Counted from the stretch's first letter, positions 12,377-24,049 are shown. The stretch: DNA of 64,000 nt from Longimicrobiales bacterium (GCA_965219445.1 CBDCNQ010000005.1:1024001-1088000); one strand, 5' to 3'. Notes: generated by a model not told the origin, from the sequence alone. Translations and numbers: made by a program.

Positions 12377-13212
12377 AAGACTTCCGGCACATATGTCTGG
12401 CCGCTCCTCGGTGGGCGTACGTAGCCGTAGTCAGGCTGGCGAGGCGGGAGCTCGAGCTCTGGGGCCTTGAGTTCGTCATACGGAATGAGGCTCAGAAGAT
12501 GTGTCATGACATTCAGTCGAGCTCGCTTCTTATCATCCCCCTCCACGACATACCATGGTGCTTGGTCGATATCCGTGTATTTGAACATCTCATCTTTGGC
12601 AATGGAGTAGTCGATCCACTTCTCACGTGACCGCAGATCCATTTCGCTGATCTTCCATCTGCGAATCGGGTCATTAATGCGCTGCAAAAAACGATACTCC
12701 TGTTCCGCGTCATTTACTGAGAACCAATACTTAATCAACTTGATCCCCGAGCGAACGAGCAAGCGCTCGAACGTCGGACAAGATTGCATGAATTCGTCGT
12801 ACTCTTCTTCAGTGCAAAAGCCCATGACCCGCTCGATGGTGGCTCGGTTGTACCAACTTCGATCGAACAGTACCATCTCGCCGGCAGCGGGAAGATGAAC
12901 GACATAGCGCTGGAAATACCACTGGCTCTTTTCTCGTTCCGTGGGCTTTCCCAGGGCCACGGTTCGGCAGATGCGGGGATTGAGGCTCTGTGTGATCCGT
13001 TTGATGGCACCACCCTTTCCCGCCGCATCCCGTCCTTCGAAGATGACGACTACCCTTAACCCCTTATCTTGAATCCACTTCTGTAGCTTGACCAACTCGA
13101 TCTGAAGTTTGGCCAGTGCCATTTCGTATTGTTTCTTACTGATCTTGCTCCGCATCGGTGCCGCCGTGTCCTCAAGCGGTCGGTGCGGTAGCCCAGCCTT
13201 CGTGTTGCCCAT
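12373..13212 (-). CDS. ppk2: Polyphosphate kinase 2 (single domain)
   Basis: Walker A FEGRDAAGKGG, LFDRSWYNR, IKYWFSV, APWYVVEGDDKKRARLN; visibly lower GC than surroundings. Confidence 0.95.
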   Translation of the reverse strand: MGNTKAGLPHRPLEDTAAPMRSKISKKQYEMALAKLQIELVKLQKWIQDKGLRVVVIFEGRDAAGKGGAIKRITQSLNPRICRTVALGKPTEREKSQWYFQRYVVHLPAAGEMVLFDRSWYNRATIERVMGFCTEEEYDEFMQSCPTFERLLVRSGIKLIKYWFSVNDAEQEYRFLQRINDPIRRWKISEMDLRSREKWIDYSIAKDEMFKYTDIDQAPWYVVEGDDKKRARLNVMTHLLSLIPYDELKAPELELPPRQPDYGYVRPPRSGQTYVPEVF

Positions 13213-13289
13213 TGTAGCCTCACTTTCTAAGCCAACGTCCCAGTGTGAACCCAGTGAATTCCGGTTCTTCGCCGAACTCCTCGCCCGGT

Positions 13290-13690
13290 TCATCAACAAC
13301 ACCGGTACGGGTGCGTGCGTACGAGTTGTCCAGGCTGATGAGCGCGATCAGAGCCAAGACACGCCCGGTGCGGACGAAGTCACCCGGTCCCAGTGAGGGT
13401 CCATCCACCTGCACAAGTCGCGCCACCGGGGCAGACACGTGTACGAGACCTCAGGGGGAGCCACCAGCTTACCTGGGCCCGGAAACCAAGCCGGTATCTT
13501 GCGGAGACGGCCCATGGAAACGACCACGGTTCTTCCTTGGACAGGGTGACGAGCCCCGTGGCCGGCTCCTCTTCTTCCCGTGGCTATGCCCTGCATGCGG
13601 GTCCACTTCTTCCTCGCGCTCGAAAACCTCGGCCGGCTCGGCCCGGATCGCGTACTCCTGTCCGTCGACCGACAGAGAGAACTCAGCCAG
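13290..13690 (-). pseudogene. Fragment of a heavy-metal RND periplasmic adaptor (CzcB-like)
   Basis: Frameshifted pieces DPHAGHSH...LVTLSKEE...VSAPVARLV...PGDFVRTGRVLA. Confidence 0.45.
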
Positions 13691-14839
13691 CTAGTGTACC
13701 GTATCTAAAGTTCTTGGCCCACGCGCGATTTTGTCGAGGATCTCCTGGGCGGACTTAGTCCAGACGAACGGCGTGGGGTCTTCATTGCGCTGCTCGAGAT
13801 AGGCATCGATGGCTTCGATGAGTTCGGGCACGCTATGGACGGCCAGTCGCTTGAGCTGGCGCTGATCGAGCTCGCTGAAGAGGCGCTCTACTATGTTGGC
13901 CCACGAGGCACCGGTGGGCACGAAATGGAATTGTACGCGGGGGTTTCGCGCCAGCCAGTTGCGCACGGCTTCGTGTTTGTGGGTCGCATAGTTGTCGAGG
14001 ATGACGTGGACCTCAAGCTCCGGTTCGACGCTGCGTACAACCGTCTTCATGAACTTCAGGAACTCTTGATGGCGATGCTTGGGCATGCAGTCATGGATGA
14101 CGTGACCCGTCGCAACGTCAAGAGCGGCGAAAAGCGTCGTTGTGCCATGGCGCTTGTAGTCGTGCGTCATGATGCCGGCGCGGCCCCGTTTCAGTGGCAG
14201 CCCCGGCTGAGTACGGTCCAGGGCCTGGATCTGGCTCTTCTCGTCGAAGGCGAAAGCGACGGCGTTGTCGGGAGGATTGAGGTACACGCCCACCACGTCG
14301 TTGAGCTTCTCGACCAGGCGGGGGTCGCGAGAGAGCTTGAAGCGGCGGACCTTGTGGGGTTTGAGTCCGAACTTGCTCCATGTACGCCAAACATCGACAT
14401 GATTGAGGCCCATCTCGTCCGCCAGAAGGCGGCTGCTCCAGTGCGTAGACTTCTCCGGCGGCGGCTTCTCGCTCACCGTCTTCGCCACGATCTCTTCTTC
14501 AAGCGCGGGAGTGAGTTTGCGCGGCCGGCCGGCGCGCTCGCGGTCCTTCGCGACGCTCTTCAGTCCGCCCTCCCCGTAACGACGAATCCACAGCCGAGCG
14601 GTGTCTCGAGCGACGCCAAGCGCCTCCGCGATACTTCGGCTCGACTCCCCGTGAGAAGCGGCAAGCAGCATCTGCGCTCGCTCCACCTGACGTCGAGGCA
14701 GCGTCCGCGAGCGAACCCAGGACTCCAGCACCTTTAGGTCCCCCCGACGCAGTCGCAACTTCTTGGTCTCGTTGGCCATGGACCTGAATATATCGCTTGC
14801 CAGCTTCAGGGGCTAAAGACTTTTGTAACATAACACTAG
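13691..14839 (-). mobile_element. Intact IS630-family element (transposase 13691-14779)
   Basis: 362-aa ORF with HTH and DDE motifs (FDEK, LDNY, VER); CTAG at both ends. Confidence 0.95.
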
Positions 14840-14996
14840 GTCCCAGCATGACGTCGTGCAACACATGCGGGCATTGCCGCATCGCGAGGTGGCCACGGCC
14901 ATCCGGACGGTGCACCGACCTCTTCGAGTGCCGACGCGGGCTTATGGACGACTGGAAGACCCATCGGAGTGATCCTTCAGCAATTGCACAGCGGTT

Positions 14997-15643
14997 TGAC
15001 CTGCCCCCAAGAGCGGGACCACATTCTATGTTAGTCCCAGCACCTGTGGAGGGCCGTGAAGGACGGGCATCCTCAGGAACCAGGGCGACGGCTTAATCGC
15101 CTCAGGGGCCGGGGGAAAGCCGCCGCAGGCGCTGTGGGGTCGGACGGTATCGTACTCGCGCCTCCATTGCTCGACCAGCACGGCCGCCTCCGCCAACGAG
15201 TAGAAGAGCTCCCCGTTCAACAGCTCGTCCCTGAGCTTGCCGTTGAAGCTCTCGTTGTAGCCGTTCTCCCACGGGCTGCCCGGCTCGATAAAGAGCGTCT
15301 CGACGCCCACGCGCCCCAACCACCGCCGCACGAGCTTCGCGGTGAACTCCGGTCCGTTGTCCGACCTCAGATACTCGGGAGGCCCGTGTCGGACGAACAG
15401 ATCGGCCAGCACCTCGAGCACGTCGTGCGAGCGGATCTTGCGAGCCACCACGATCGCCAGGCACTCCCTCGTGTGCTCGTCCACGGATTTGCCGCGGGCC
15501 AGACCGACCTCTGCCTCCCGCAGTGCAGTGATGATCTGCTCCGGAGTGTGTCGCTTCCTTCCCATCCTGACCTCCTCGCTGAAAAGCTTCAGACCAGGTC
15601 GATCCTAACATTGCACCTGGTCTCGTTTCAGGGGGTCAGGTCA
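14997..15643 (-). mobile_element. Internally deleted IS3-family element
   Basis: IRs TGACCTGCCCCC / TGACCTGACCCCC; orfA start [12 protein letters not shown] fused to rve core [23 protein letters not shown]. Confidence 0.88.
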
Positions 15644-15921
15644 CACCCCCCAGCCCTCCTTTCAATCCGTAATTGGACTTTGGTCCTATTGCGCTCCGCT
15701 CAACGGCGAGAATCCACTGGTTCCGACAACCTAGGGGCCGACATCGCCCGCTGTGCCCCACTTCTAGCAAGACTGTCCTACGGAGAGGACGTTCCTCCGT
15801 TTCCGGCGGCAGCCGCCGTTTCCGGAATTCGTGGTTATGCCCCCCAGCGGTGGGTGAGAATCCCTTTCGTTGGGCGGCTCTTGGGGGGATTCGGACCCGG
15901 GGGAAAGTCATCCTCTTTTCC

Positions 15922-15936
15922 TGGCACCGGTTTTGC
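15922..15936 (+). promoter_or_regulatory. Putative sigma-54 promoter
   Basis: TGGCAC-CGGTT-TTGC with exact -24 GG / -12 GC spacing, 70 bp upstream of the OMP start. Confidence 0.6.
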
Positions 15937-16005
15937 CCCTCTGAATTCCAGGCGCGGTGGAGAGTTCCGCAAGGAATCGACAAACAGGTGACAGAGGAGG
16001 TAGAG

Positions 16006-16719
16006 ATGCGTTTTGCGTTGATGGCCGGCTTTGTCATGATTCTCGCACCCGTGGCAGCCGTAGAAGCCCAAACGTCCCGCGCGCCTCGTGGATCCTTGGA
16101 TGTTGCGTTTGTCGGGGCACAGCCCACGGGAGACTTCGGGCTGATTGTCGATGAGGGGTGGGGCGTGGAGCTGGGCGGACGTTATGAGTTGGATTCGACC
16201 GGACTGCTCAGCGTTCGGGGCAGCCTGGGCTTCATCAACTACGGGAGTGAGGCGCTCCGGTTTTGCAGCGTCTACAGTTGTCGGGTAGGCATGGATCTCG
16301 ACACTCGGAACGACATCTTTTTCTTCGGTGTCGGCCCCGAGCTGGCTAAACAAATGGGCCCCGTACGACCCTATGCCAGGGGCTCCCTTGGTATCGGCTA
16401 TTTCGTGACGACCTCCGGACTCAGCGGGAGCGACGACTGGGCCGGCCACTCATACGCCAATACGAACAACTTCGACGACCTCGTCTTTCAAAAGCGGCTG
16501 GGCGCGGGATTGGGGCTTCGGTTGTCGAACGGACGACGTCCGGTCTGGTTGGATCTCGGTGCCGACTATCATCACAACGGCATGGCCAGTTACCTGAGAG
16601 AGGGAGACATCGTCGACCAGCCGGACGGCAGCATCGTCATCTACCCACGTAGGACCGAGGCGAACCTATGGAGCTTCCGGGTTGGCGTGTCTGTTGGGCT
16701 TGGGAGTGAAGGTCCTTAG
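16006..16719 (+). CDS. Outer-membrane beta-barrel protein
   Basis: GGAGG RBS, signal peptide (VEA-Q), amphipathic strands, C-terminal WSFRVGVSVG. Confidence 0.75.
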   Translation: MRFALMAGFVMILAPVAAVEAQTSRAPRGSLDVAFVGAQPTGDFGLIVDEGWGVELGGRYELDSTGLLSVRGSLGFINYGSEALRFCSVYSCRVGMDLDTRNDIFFFGVGPELAKQMGPVRPYARGSLGIGYFVTTSGLSGSDDWAGHSYANTNNFDDLVFQKRLGAGLGLRLSNGRRPVWLDLGADYHHNGMASYLREGDIVDQPDGSIVIYPRRTEANLWSFRVGVSVGLGSEGP

Positions 16720-17186
16720 GAAGCGGTGAGTTCAGCAGGGCTTCCGTGCTGGCTATTCGGATTCTGACTCCCGAATGTTTGGCAGATCGATGGCTGTCAG
16801 GTCCCGGACGCAATTAACTGCCGCGGTATTGGTGAAACTCGCACGTGTCCGTGGACTTGGTCACCGGCTCCACTTCCGAGACTTCCGAATCCGGTTGGCC
16901 ATCACTAGCGCCCCCGATGACCGGCCAAGCTTTTCATCGGAGCTCGGCGGCATTCCCTCGGGGAGTCGTGGCCTCTGGTTCTCGCGGCGCTCCGGCTAGA
17001 TAGGCAGCCCAGTCACCCATGAGCCGGCGTCGGCGCTCGAACAGGTCCGTGCGCCGATAGGCCGCCTCGGCAGAGTACAGATGATGTGAATCACGGCAAG
17101 AATCGTCTAAGTTAAACTAGGACTAATCGGGGACGACCGTAAACTACGATCATATAACGAGTTATGGCCGCTTGCAATGCTACGTG

Positions 17187-18620
17187 TGAGGTGGTCCTAC
17201 TTCGTTGGACAGTCCGAGGGCGATCTTAAGGTGGATTCCGATGGTCTCCAAAGCCCTCGGGGTCCCGCTTGAGGCTGGGTGTTCTCCTTCGAGCCCGGTT
17301 TGAATATAACCTCCGCCTTCCCGTCGGGACTGGTTCCCGATGGGAAGACGGAGGGAAGGGCCGCGCGTAGATCCCGTGACGATCGCAGGCGTCGTTGCGC
17401 CGGTTGGGTGGCGTCGCGCCGGATCGTCCTCACCACACCTCCGCGCCTTCGCGATAGGCCTCGCCCGGCGTCCGTCCGCCCAGCGACGAGTGCGGGCGTG
17501 CTTCGTTGTAGAAGTCGATCCACGAGCCGATGATGCGTTGGGCGTCGGGCCCGTCCCGGAGCTCGTAGAGGTACACCGCCTCGTACTTCAGCGACCGCCA
17601 CAGCCGCTCGATGAAGATGTTGTCGAGGAAGCGGCCCCGGCCGTCCATCGAGAAGCGCACGCCCGCACCCAGCACCCGGTCGGCGAACGCCTCGCTGGTG
17701 AACTGGGAGCCCTGATCCGTATTGAGGATCTCCGGAGCCCTCCAGCCCAGCGCGTCGTCCAGCGCCTGGACGCAGAACGACGCGTCCATCGTGTTCGACA
17801 GCCGCCAGGCGAGCACGTGCCGGGTCGCCCAGTCCATCACAGCCACCAGGTAGAAAAACCCTTGCGTCACCGGGACATAGGTGATGTCCGCGCACCACAC
17901 GTGGTCCGCCCGCGAGATCGTGAGGCCCCGCAGCAGATAGGGGAAGACCCGGTGCTCCGGACTCGCCACGCTCGTGCGCGGCCGCCGGTAGGTCGCCTCC
18001 ATCCCCATCAGGCGCATGAGCCGCCGGATCCGGTGCCGGCCCGCGGCAACGCCCTCGCGGCGCAGATGCCGCATCAGCTGCCGGCTCCCGTAGAACGGAT
18101 ACGCCGTGTGGAGCCCGTCCATGCGCCGCATGAGCGCCAGGTCCTCGGCGCTCTCCCCCTTCGGCCGGTAGTACTGCGACGACCGGCTCACGCCCAGCAG
18201 CGCGCACTGCCTCGAAAGACTCAGCGGTCCGTCCCGCTCGATCATCCGCCCCCGCTCCGCCCGGCTCAGCGCTTGAGCCCGCGCCGAAAAAAATCCCGCT
18301 CGACCGTGAGCTCCCCGATCTTGGCGTGCAGGTCCCGGATCTTCGCCTCGTGCTCCAGGGCGGCCTTGCGGCCCGCGCCCCCGGCAAACACCTCCGGCAG
18401 CCCTTCGAGCAGCTGCCGCTTCCATGTGGTCACCTGGTTCGGATGAAGCTCGTGCCGCGCCGCGATCGCCTGCACGCTGTCCCGCTCGCGCAGCGCCTCG
18501 AGCGCTACCCGTGCCTTGAACTCCGCCGTGAACCGCCGTCTCTTCCTGGCCATCTCGGTGCCTCCTCTTCCGCTCTGGGATCCACCTTAACGACCTGTCC
18601 AAAAAACCGGGACCACCTCA
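17187..18620 (-). mobile_element. IS3-family element; orfA 18266-18553, orfB ~17430-18300 via programmed frameshift
   Basis: IRs TGAGGTGGTCC...TTGGACA; 3-bp TSD GTG (17184-17186, 18621-18623); T7 run at the orf overlap; WCADITY, NTDQGSQFTS, DNIFIERLW. Confidence 0.93.
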
Positions 18621-18924
18621 GTGTACCACTTCCGATATGCAAATATGAGCGGGATTTCGCCGGATCGAATGGGATGGCCGCGGACGACGAGGCACCGCCG
18701 GGCTAGCTCGGAGCACCGTGCTCGGAACCGGGGTATCGCGGCCTTCACAGGCCCAATACTTGCTGGAACCGGTCTATGGTCCCTACTTTTCGCCAAGTGG
18801 TCTGGTCGTCCTCCCGTAGAAGGGTGCACATGGAACATTCTTCATGCTGCAAGTGCTTCCCAAACACCAGAGGACGTCCTGTATTGCCCATCGCCCGTGC
18901 TGGGCCGTAGCCGACTTAATTTTC

Positions 18925-20381
18925 GAAGCTGTCCCAACCGTAGTTGAAGGTTCCTGATAGGGGGGAAAGAAAAGTGGTGGCTCCGGGGGTCCCGGGCCGA
19001 TAGGCTCGGGTAGGCAAAAACCCCAACACGGAGCCACCACGATGAAGAGAACGTACGAGGTAAGGGATCGGGCGGACAAGCGCGCGATCAGGGAGTTCCT
19101 GAAGCGGGAGGGGCAGTTTCTGCTTCCGATGCTCGAGCTCGTGGAGCAGACGGAGGTCGCGATCGACGAAGTCATCCAGGTGATGGGACGAGCGACGATC
19201 GAAGCGGTGCTGGAGATGAGCGCCGAGGGTGTGGCAGGCGTGAAGCAGGCAGGTCGGTCACGAGCGGAAGACGACACGGTGTGGTATGGCCGGCAGGGTG
19301 GTGTGGTTTACCTGTCGGACCGGAAGGTGCGTGTGGAGCGGCCACGGCTCAGGCGCCGGGGCGCCGGGGAGGGTGGCGAGGTCGAGGTGCCGGCGTACGC
19401 AGCGATGCGGAGACCGGGCGCCGTGGCGGATCGGATGCTCGAGGTCCTGATGGCGGGGGTGAGCACGCGGAAGTACGGCCGTGTGATCGGTGAGATGGTC
19501 GACACGGTCGGGGTGAGCAAGTCGGCGGTGAGCCGTGAGACGGTCGAGGCCTCGGAGCGCGTGCTGAAGGAGCTGATGGAGCGCCGGCTGGATGCGTGGG
19601 ACCTCCTGGTGATCTACCTGGACGGGATCCAGATGGGCTCGCACCACGTGCTTGCTGCGGTAGGCGTGGACTCGGACGGAAAGAAGCACGTGCTGGGCGT
19701 GAGGGAAGGAGCGAATGAGAACGCCGAGGTGACTAGCGCGCTCCTAGAGGATCTGGTCGAGCGCGGCCTGGACCCGGGCAGGCGGCGGCTGTTCGTGATC
19801 GACGGCTCGAAAGCGCTCAGGAAGGCGATCGAGAAGGTGTTCGGCCAACGTCACCCCATCCAGCGCTGCCGCAACCACAAGCTCCGCAACGTGCTGGGTC
19901 ATCTGCCGAAGGATCAGCATCCTCAGGTGAAGGCGGCGTTCCGGGCAGCGATGAAGCTGGACGCGAAGCAGGGCGAGCAGAAGCTCGAGCAGCTCGCCCG
20001 ATGGCTCGAACGCGACCACCCCTCGGCCTCGGCCAGCCTACGCGAAGGCCTCAGCGAGATGTTCACCATCAACCGGCTCGGCCTCCCGCCCCGGCTGAGG
20101 AAATGCCTGGGCTCGACCAACCTGACCGACAGCACCCACTCGGGTGTGAGACAGAAGACCCGCAGGGTGACGAATTGGAAGAACGGAGCGATGGCCCTGC
20201 GCTGGGCTGCGGCCTCGTTCGTGGAGACCGAGAAGAGCTACCGGAGGATCATCGGCTACGACCAGCTCTGGATGCTCAGGGCCCACCTCGACGACCATGA
20301 ACCGGTTGCCGAAATGAGAAAGGCAGGCTAACAAGGAGACTCTCCGGAGCCACCACCTTCAACTGTCAGCGGGACACCATC
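18925..20381 (+). mobile_element. IS256-family element (transposase 19042-20331)
   Basis: IRs GAAGCTGTCCC..AGTTGAAGGT / ACCTTCAACT..GGGACACCATC; 8-bp TSD TAATTTTC; IYLDG, VIDG, QRCRNHK motifs. Confidence 0.92.
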
Positions 20382-20408
20382 TAATTTTCTAACTCGGAGA
20401 GGTTCACA

Positions 20409-23354
20409 ATGAGATTTTCCCTAGTCGTCACCCCACGATGGATACTTCTTGGTTTGTCCCTAACGATGGTTCTGCCCACCTTGGTGGCTGCGCAGGATGG
20501 CACCATCGCGGGCACCGTCCGCGACGATGCCACCAACCAAGGCCTCGCGGGTGCCCCAGTCTTCATCTCCGCCCTTTCCGTCGGAACGCTGTCCGACAAC
20601 GACGGTGCCTTCGAAGTCCGGGGCGTGCCCGCGGGCACCCACATGGTCGAGATTCAGCTCATCGGGTACGCCATTGTGAGGCAGGAGGTTACGGTCACAG
20701 CTGGCTCGGAGTCCCGCCTCGATGTGGCCTTGTCCGTGGAGGCGGTCCTCCTCGGCGGGATCACGGCCATCGGAACCCGCGCCCGCCCGCGCACCGTGAC
20801 GGAGTCGGCCGTTCCGGTGGACGTCATCCCCGCCAGAGAGATCATCAACCAAGGCGACGTCGACTTCGCAAACGTGCTGCGCAACGTCGTACCCTCCTTC
20901 AACGTCAACACCCAGCCCATCAGTGACGCCGCCACCTTCTCGCGGCCAGCTAACCTGCGCGGCCTCTCGCCCGACCAGACGCTGGTGCTCGTGAATGGGA
21001 AGCGGCGTCACCGCTCTGCGGTGATCGTGTGGTATGGCAACAGCATCGCCGACGGCGCGCAGGGCCCCGACATCTCACTCTTCCCCGGACTCGCGCTGGA
21101 GCAGGCCGAGGTCCTGCGCGACGGCGCGGCCGCCCAGTACGGGTCCGACGCGATTGCGGGGGTCATGAACTTCGTCCTCAAGAACGACCGCTCCGGCGGC
21201 TCGATCGAGCTCAAGACGGGCGGGCACCTGCTCGCCGAGACAACCGAGCTTCTGGAGGGTGGCCTGTTCCCGGGCGACGGCGACATGTACACGCTGTCGG
21301 GCAACTTCGGCCTGCCGCTGGGAGAGTCCGGCTTCCTGAACCTGACCGGCGAATACGGCAACGCCGATCCGACCGATCGCGGTGTTCAACGCAACGACGC
21401 CAAAAAGCTGATCGCCTCCGGGAGCCCCCACGTGCGCACACCCGCGCAGATCTGGGGGTCGCCGACGGTCTCGAACGACTTCAAGCTGTGGGCGAATTCG
21501 GCCTACGCCTTCCGCGACAACCTTTTGTTCTACGGGCACGGCAACTACGCGTCCAAGCAGGTCGAGGGCGGCTTCTACTTCCGGAATCCGAACACCCGTG
21601 GCGGCGTGTTCGGGACCAGCAGGGACAGTACACTAGTTAACGGGACACCGGTTCCCGACCCGGAAGACCCGGAAGGTGGGACATTGCAGGTTCCGCTATT
21701 GTTGGTCGGCGACATGTTGGATGCCGCCGACGGAGTGCTGGACGGTTCGGCCGGGTGTCCGGAAGTCCAGGTCGTGGACGGCCTCGTGGCCGACATGGCT
21801 GCGTGGGAGGAGGTCCTGGACAATCCCAACTGCTTCACCTTCCAGAGGATGTTCCCCGGTGGGTTTACGCCGCAGTTCGGATCCTATATCTCCGACGCCT
21901 CCGCGGTAGTGGGGCTTCGAGGGACCAGCGGTCGGTTGTCGTGGGACGCCAGCGCGGCCTTTGGCAACTCCAGCCTCGACTTCTACATGTACAACACCGT
22001 CAACGCCTCGCTCGGGCCCGACCAGCCGTGCAGCGACAAGGGAACCTCACCGGCCGTTCCCGACCAGCCCTGCACTCCGTACTTCAACCCGGGAATCTAC
22101 GACCAACTGGAAACCAACCTCAACGTCGATCTCTCCTACGCCGTCAACGACCGGGTCAACATCGCGGGTGGCGCGGAGTGGCGTAACGAGCGGTTCGAGA
22201 TCGTTCAGGGCGACGAGCCATCTTGGACCGAGGGGCCGCTGGCCTCGCAAGGCTTCACCCCCGCCTCCAACGGCTTCAGCGGGTTTGGGCCGCTCACGGC
22301 GGGAGCTTGGAACCGCAGCAACTTCGCGGGATACGGGGACCTCGAGTTCCGCGATCCGGACGGCGCCTGGACCCTCGGCGTGGCGGGCCGGGTCGAGCAC
22401 TTTTCGGACTTCGGGACTACGGTCAAAGGGAAGATTGCCGGACGCGTGAGCCTATCCGACGGATTCGCGCTGCGAGGTGCCGCCAGCACCGGATTCCGAG
22501 CACCTACCCCCGGACAGCAGAACGCCTTCAACATCTCGACCATCTACGATCCTGCCCTCAAGGACCTTACCAACAACGGTACAATCCCCTCGACATCGGC
22601 GCTCGCCCAAGAGTACGGTGGAGAGCCCTTGGAGCCGGAGAATGCGGTCAACCTGTCTTTCGGTGGCGTGTTCCAACGGGGCAACTTCAGCCTTACCACG
22701 GACTACTTCCTGATCGACGTGTCGCAGCGTCTCACCACCAGCAGGAACATCAACCTCACGAACGACGAGATCCAGCGTCTGGTTGCGGACGGCATTATCC
22801 GGCCCGGCGGCGTGCTCAAGAAGTTCCAGTTCTTCGTGAACGACTTCTCGACCAGGACGCAGGGGCTCGACGTGGTGGCCGCCTACGATGTCGAGAACGA
22901 GCGGGGCGTCACCACCGTGAGCGCAGCTTGGAACGTCACCAACACGAACGTGACCGAGCACAACTCGGAGACGCTGGACGACAGTCGTGTGAACGCGCTG
23001 GAGAAGGGGCTGCCCTCCGTGAGAGGGAACGTGACCGTCAATCACGTTTTCCCGGGCGGGACCCGCCTGCTGGTGCGGGGCAGCCATTGGGACGGCGTCT
23101 TCGAGAGGTACGCGCCCTACTCCGGCGATCCCGTTGTCACGACTCGTTATCCGGGACGCCAGCTGCTCGACTTCGAGGTGGCCCAGACGTTTGCCGACAA
23201 CTACACACTTACGGTCGGTGCTCAGAATGCGCTGAACACCTATCCGGGCGAGTTCCCCCTCGCCGCCGCCGACTCCGGTCAGCGATATGGCGAGTACAGC
23301 CCGTTCGGCTTCAACGGGGGGTTCTACTACACCAAGCTGTCCTACAGCTGGTAG
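20409..23354 (+). CDS. TonB-dependent receptor with N-terminal carboxypeptidase-regulatory-like domain
   Basis: Signal peptide; plug motifs LRGLSPDQTLVLVNGKRRH and EVLRDGAAAQYGSDAIAGVMNF; ends YYTKLSYSW. Confidence 0.95.
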   Translation: MRFSLVVTPRWILLGLSLTMVLPTLVAAQDGTIAGTVRDDATNQGLAGAPVFISALSVGTLSDNDGAFEVRGVPAGTHMVEIQLIGYAIVRQEVTVTAGSESRLDVALSVEAVLLGGITAIGTRARPRTVTESAVPVDVIPAREIINQGDVDFANVLRNVVPSFNVNTQPISDAATFSRPANLRGLSPDQTLVLVNGKRRHRSAVIVWYGNSIADGAQGPDISLFPGLALEQAEVLRDGAAAQYGSDAIAGVMNFVLKNDRSGGSIELKTGGHLLAETTELLEGGLFPGDGDMYTLSGNFGLPLGESGFLNLTGEYGNADPTDRGVQRNDAKKLIASGSPHVRTPAQIWGSPTVSNDFKLWANSAYAFRDNLLFYGHGNYASKQVEGGFYFRNPNTRGGVFGTSRDSTLVNGTPVPDPEDPEGGTLQVPLLLVGDMLDAADGVLDGSAGCPEVQVVDGLVADMAAWEEVLDNPNCFTFQRMFPGGFTPQFGSYISDASAVVGLRGTSGRLSWDASAAFGNSSLDFYMYNTVNASLGPDQPCSDKGTSPAVPDQPCTPYFNPGIYDQLETNLNVDLSYAVNDRVNIAGGAEWRNERFEIVQGDEPSWTEGPLASQGFTPASNGFSGFGPLTAGAWNRSNFAGYGDLEFRDPDGAWTLGVAGRVEHFSDFGTTVKGKIAGRVSLSDGFALRGAASTGFRAPTPGQQNAFNISTIYDPALKDLTNNGTIPSTSALAQEYGGEPLEPENAVNLSFGGVFQRGNFSLTTDYFLIDVSQRLTTSRNINLTNDEIQRLVADGIIRPGGVLKKFQFFVNDFSTRTQGLDVVAAYDVENERGVTTVSAAWNVTNTNVTEHNSETLDDSRVNALEKGLPSVRGNVTVNHVFPGGTRLLVRGSHWDGVFERYAPYSGDPVVTTRYPGRQLLDFEVAQTFADNYTLTVGAQNALNTYPGEFPLAAADSGQRYGEYSPFGFNGGFYYTKLSYSW

Positions 23355-23415
23355 TTGGACGCAGCGGTGCGGAACTGGTGGACGCTGACGCCGATTTCGC
23401 ACCGACAACGCGACG

Positions 23416-23451
23416 ACCCCGGGAGGTGGATCCAGCCGCCTTCCGGGGTCC
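23416..23451 (+). terminator. Possible terminator hairpin after the TonB receptor
   Basis: GACCCGGGAGGTGG...CCGCCTTCCGGGGTC stem-loop with a weak U-tract. Confidence 0.35.
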
Positions 23452-23584
23452 GTTAGCGTTTGGCGAGCAGCGCGTTTGCGATCAACCTGGTGGCCGAACC
23501 TAAACTTAGAGGTGGCGAGTGTGGCACGTTGCCGCGTTTTCCGGAATCGCGGTTCCCCGGGACCCCTGTCCGCGAATACACGAC

Positions 23585-23715
23585 TCATAGCGTAGCGGCT
23601 TCTCCTTCGGCTCCAGGTCCCGTAGCCGACCCATGCCCAGACGTCTCAACCACAAGCTCACCGTCGAGCGTGGTGACGATAGACGACGAGCGATCTTCCT
23701 CCCTGTCCACCGTCG
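23585..23715 (-). pseudogene. IS481-like transposase fragment
   Basis: IARRLSSPRSTVSLWLRRLGMGRLRDLEPKEKPLRYE. Confidence 0.55.
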
Positions 23716-23930
23716 CAAGCGGCTGCGCCAGCTGCTCCAGAAGCACCGTGTCGCGGCGGTGCCGTATGGGTTCCGGTCGTCCGGCCGAGGAGACGGACCA
23801 CCCCCAGGAAGTCGTCGAGGCGGCGCTGGCGCATGTGGTCCAGAACAAAATCGAGGCAGCCTACCGGCGCACGGACCTGTTCGAGTGGCGGCGTCGCCTG
23901 ATGGAGGAGTGGGCATGCTATCTGGACCGA
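23716..23930 (+). pseudogene. C-terminal remnant of a P4-like integrase
   Basis: Homologous to 25030-25250: LRQLLQKH..VPYGFRS..AEETDHPQEVVEAALAHVVQNKIEAAYRRTDLFE. Confidence 0.85.
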
Positions 23931-24049
23931 TGTGCAGTACCATCCAGTACAGTCCATAAGTGACTGCTATAACAAAGAGTTATGGACATGTCTTAGCGGA
24001 TTCTTCCGACTTGGCATCCATTGATATCCGCTTCCATCCCCTATATTAT

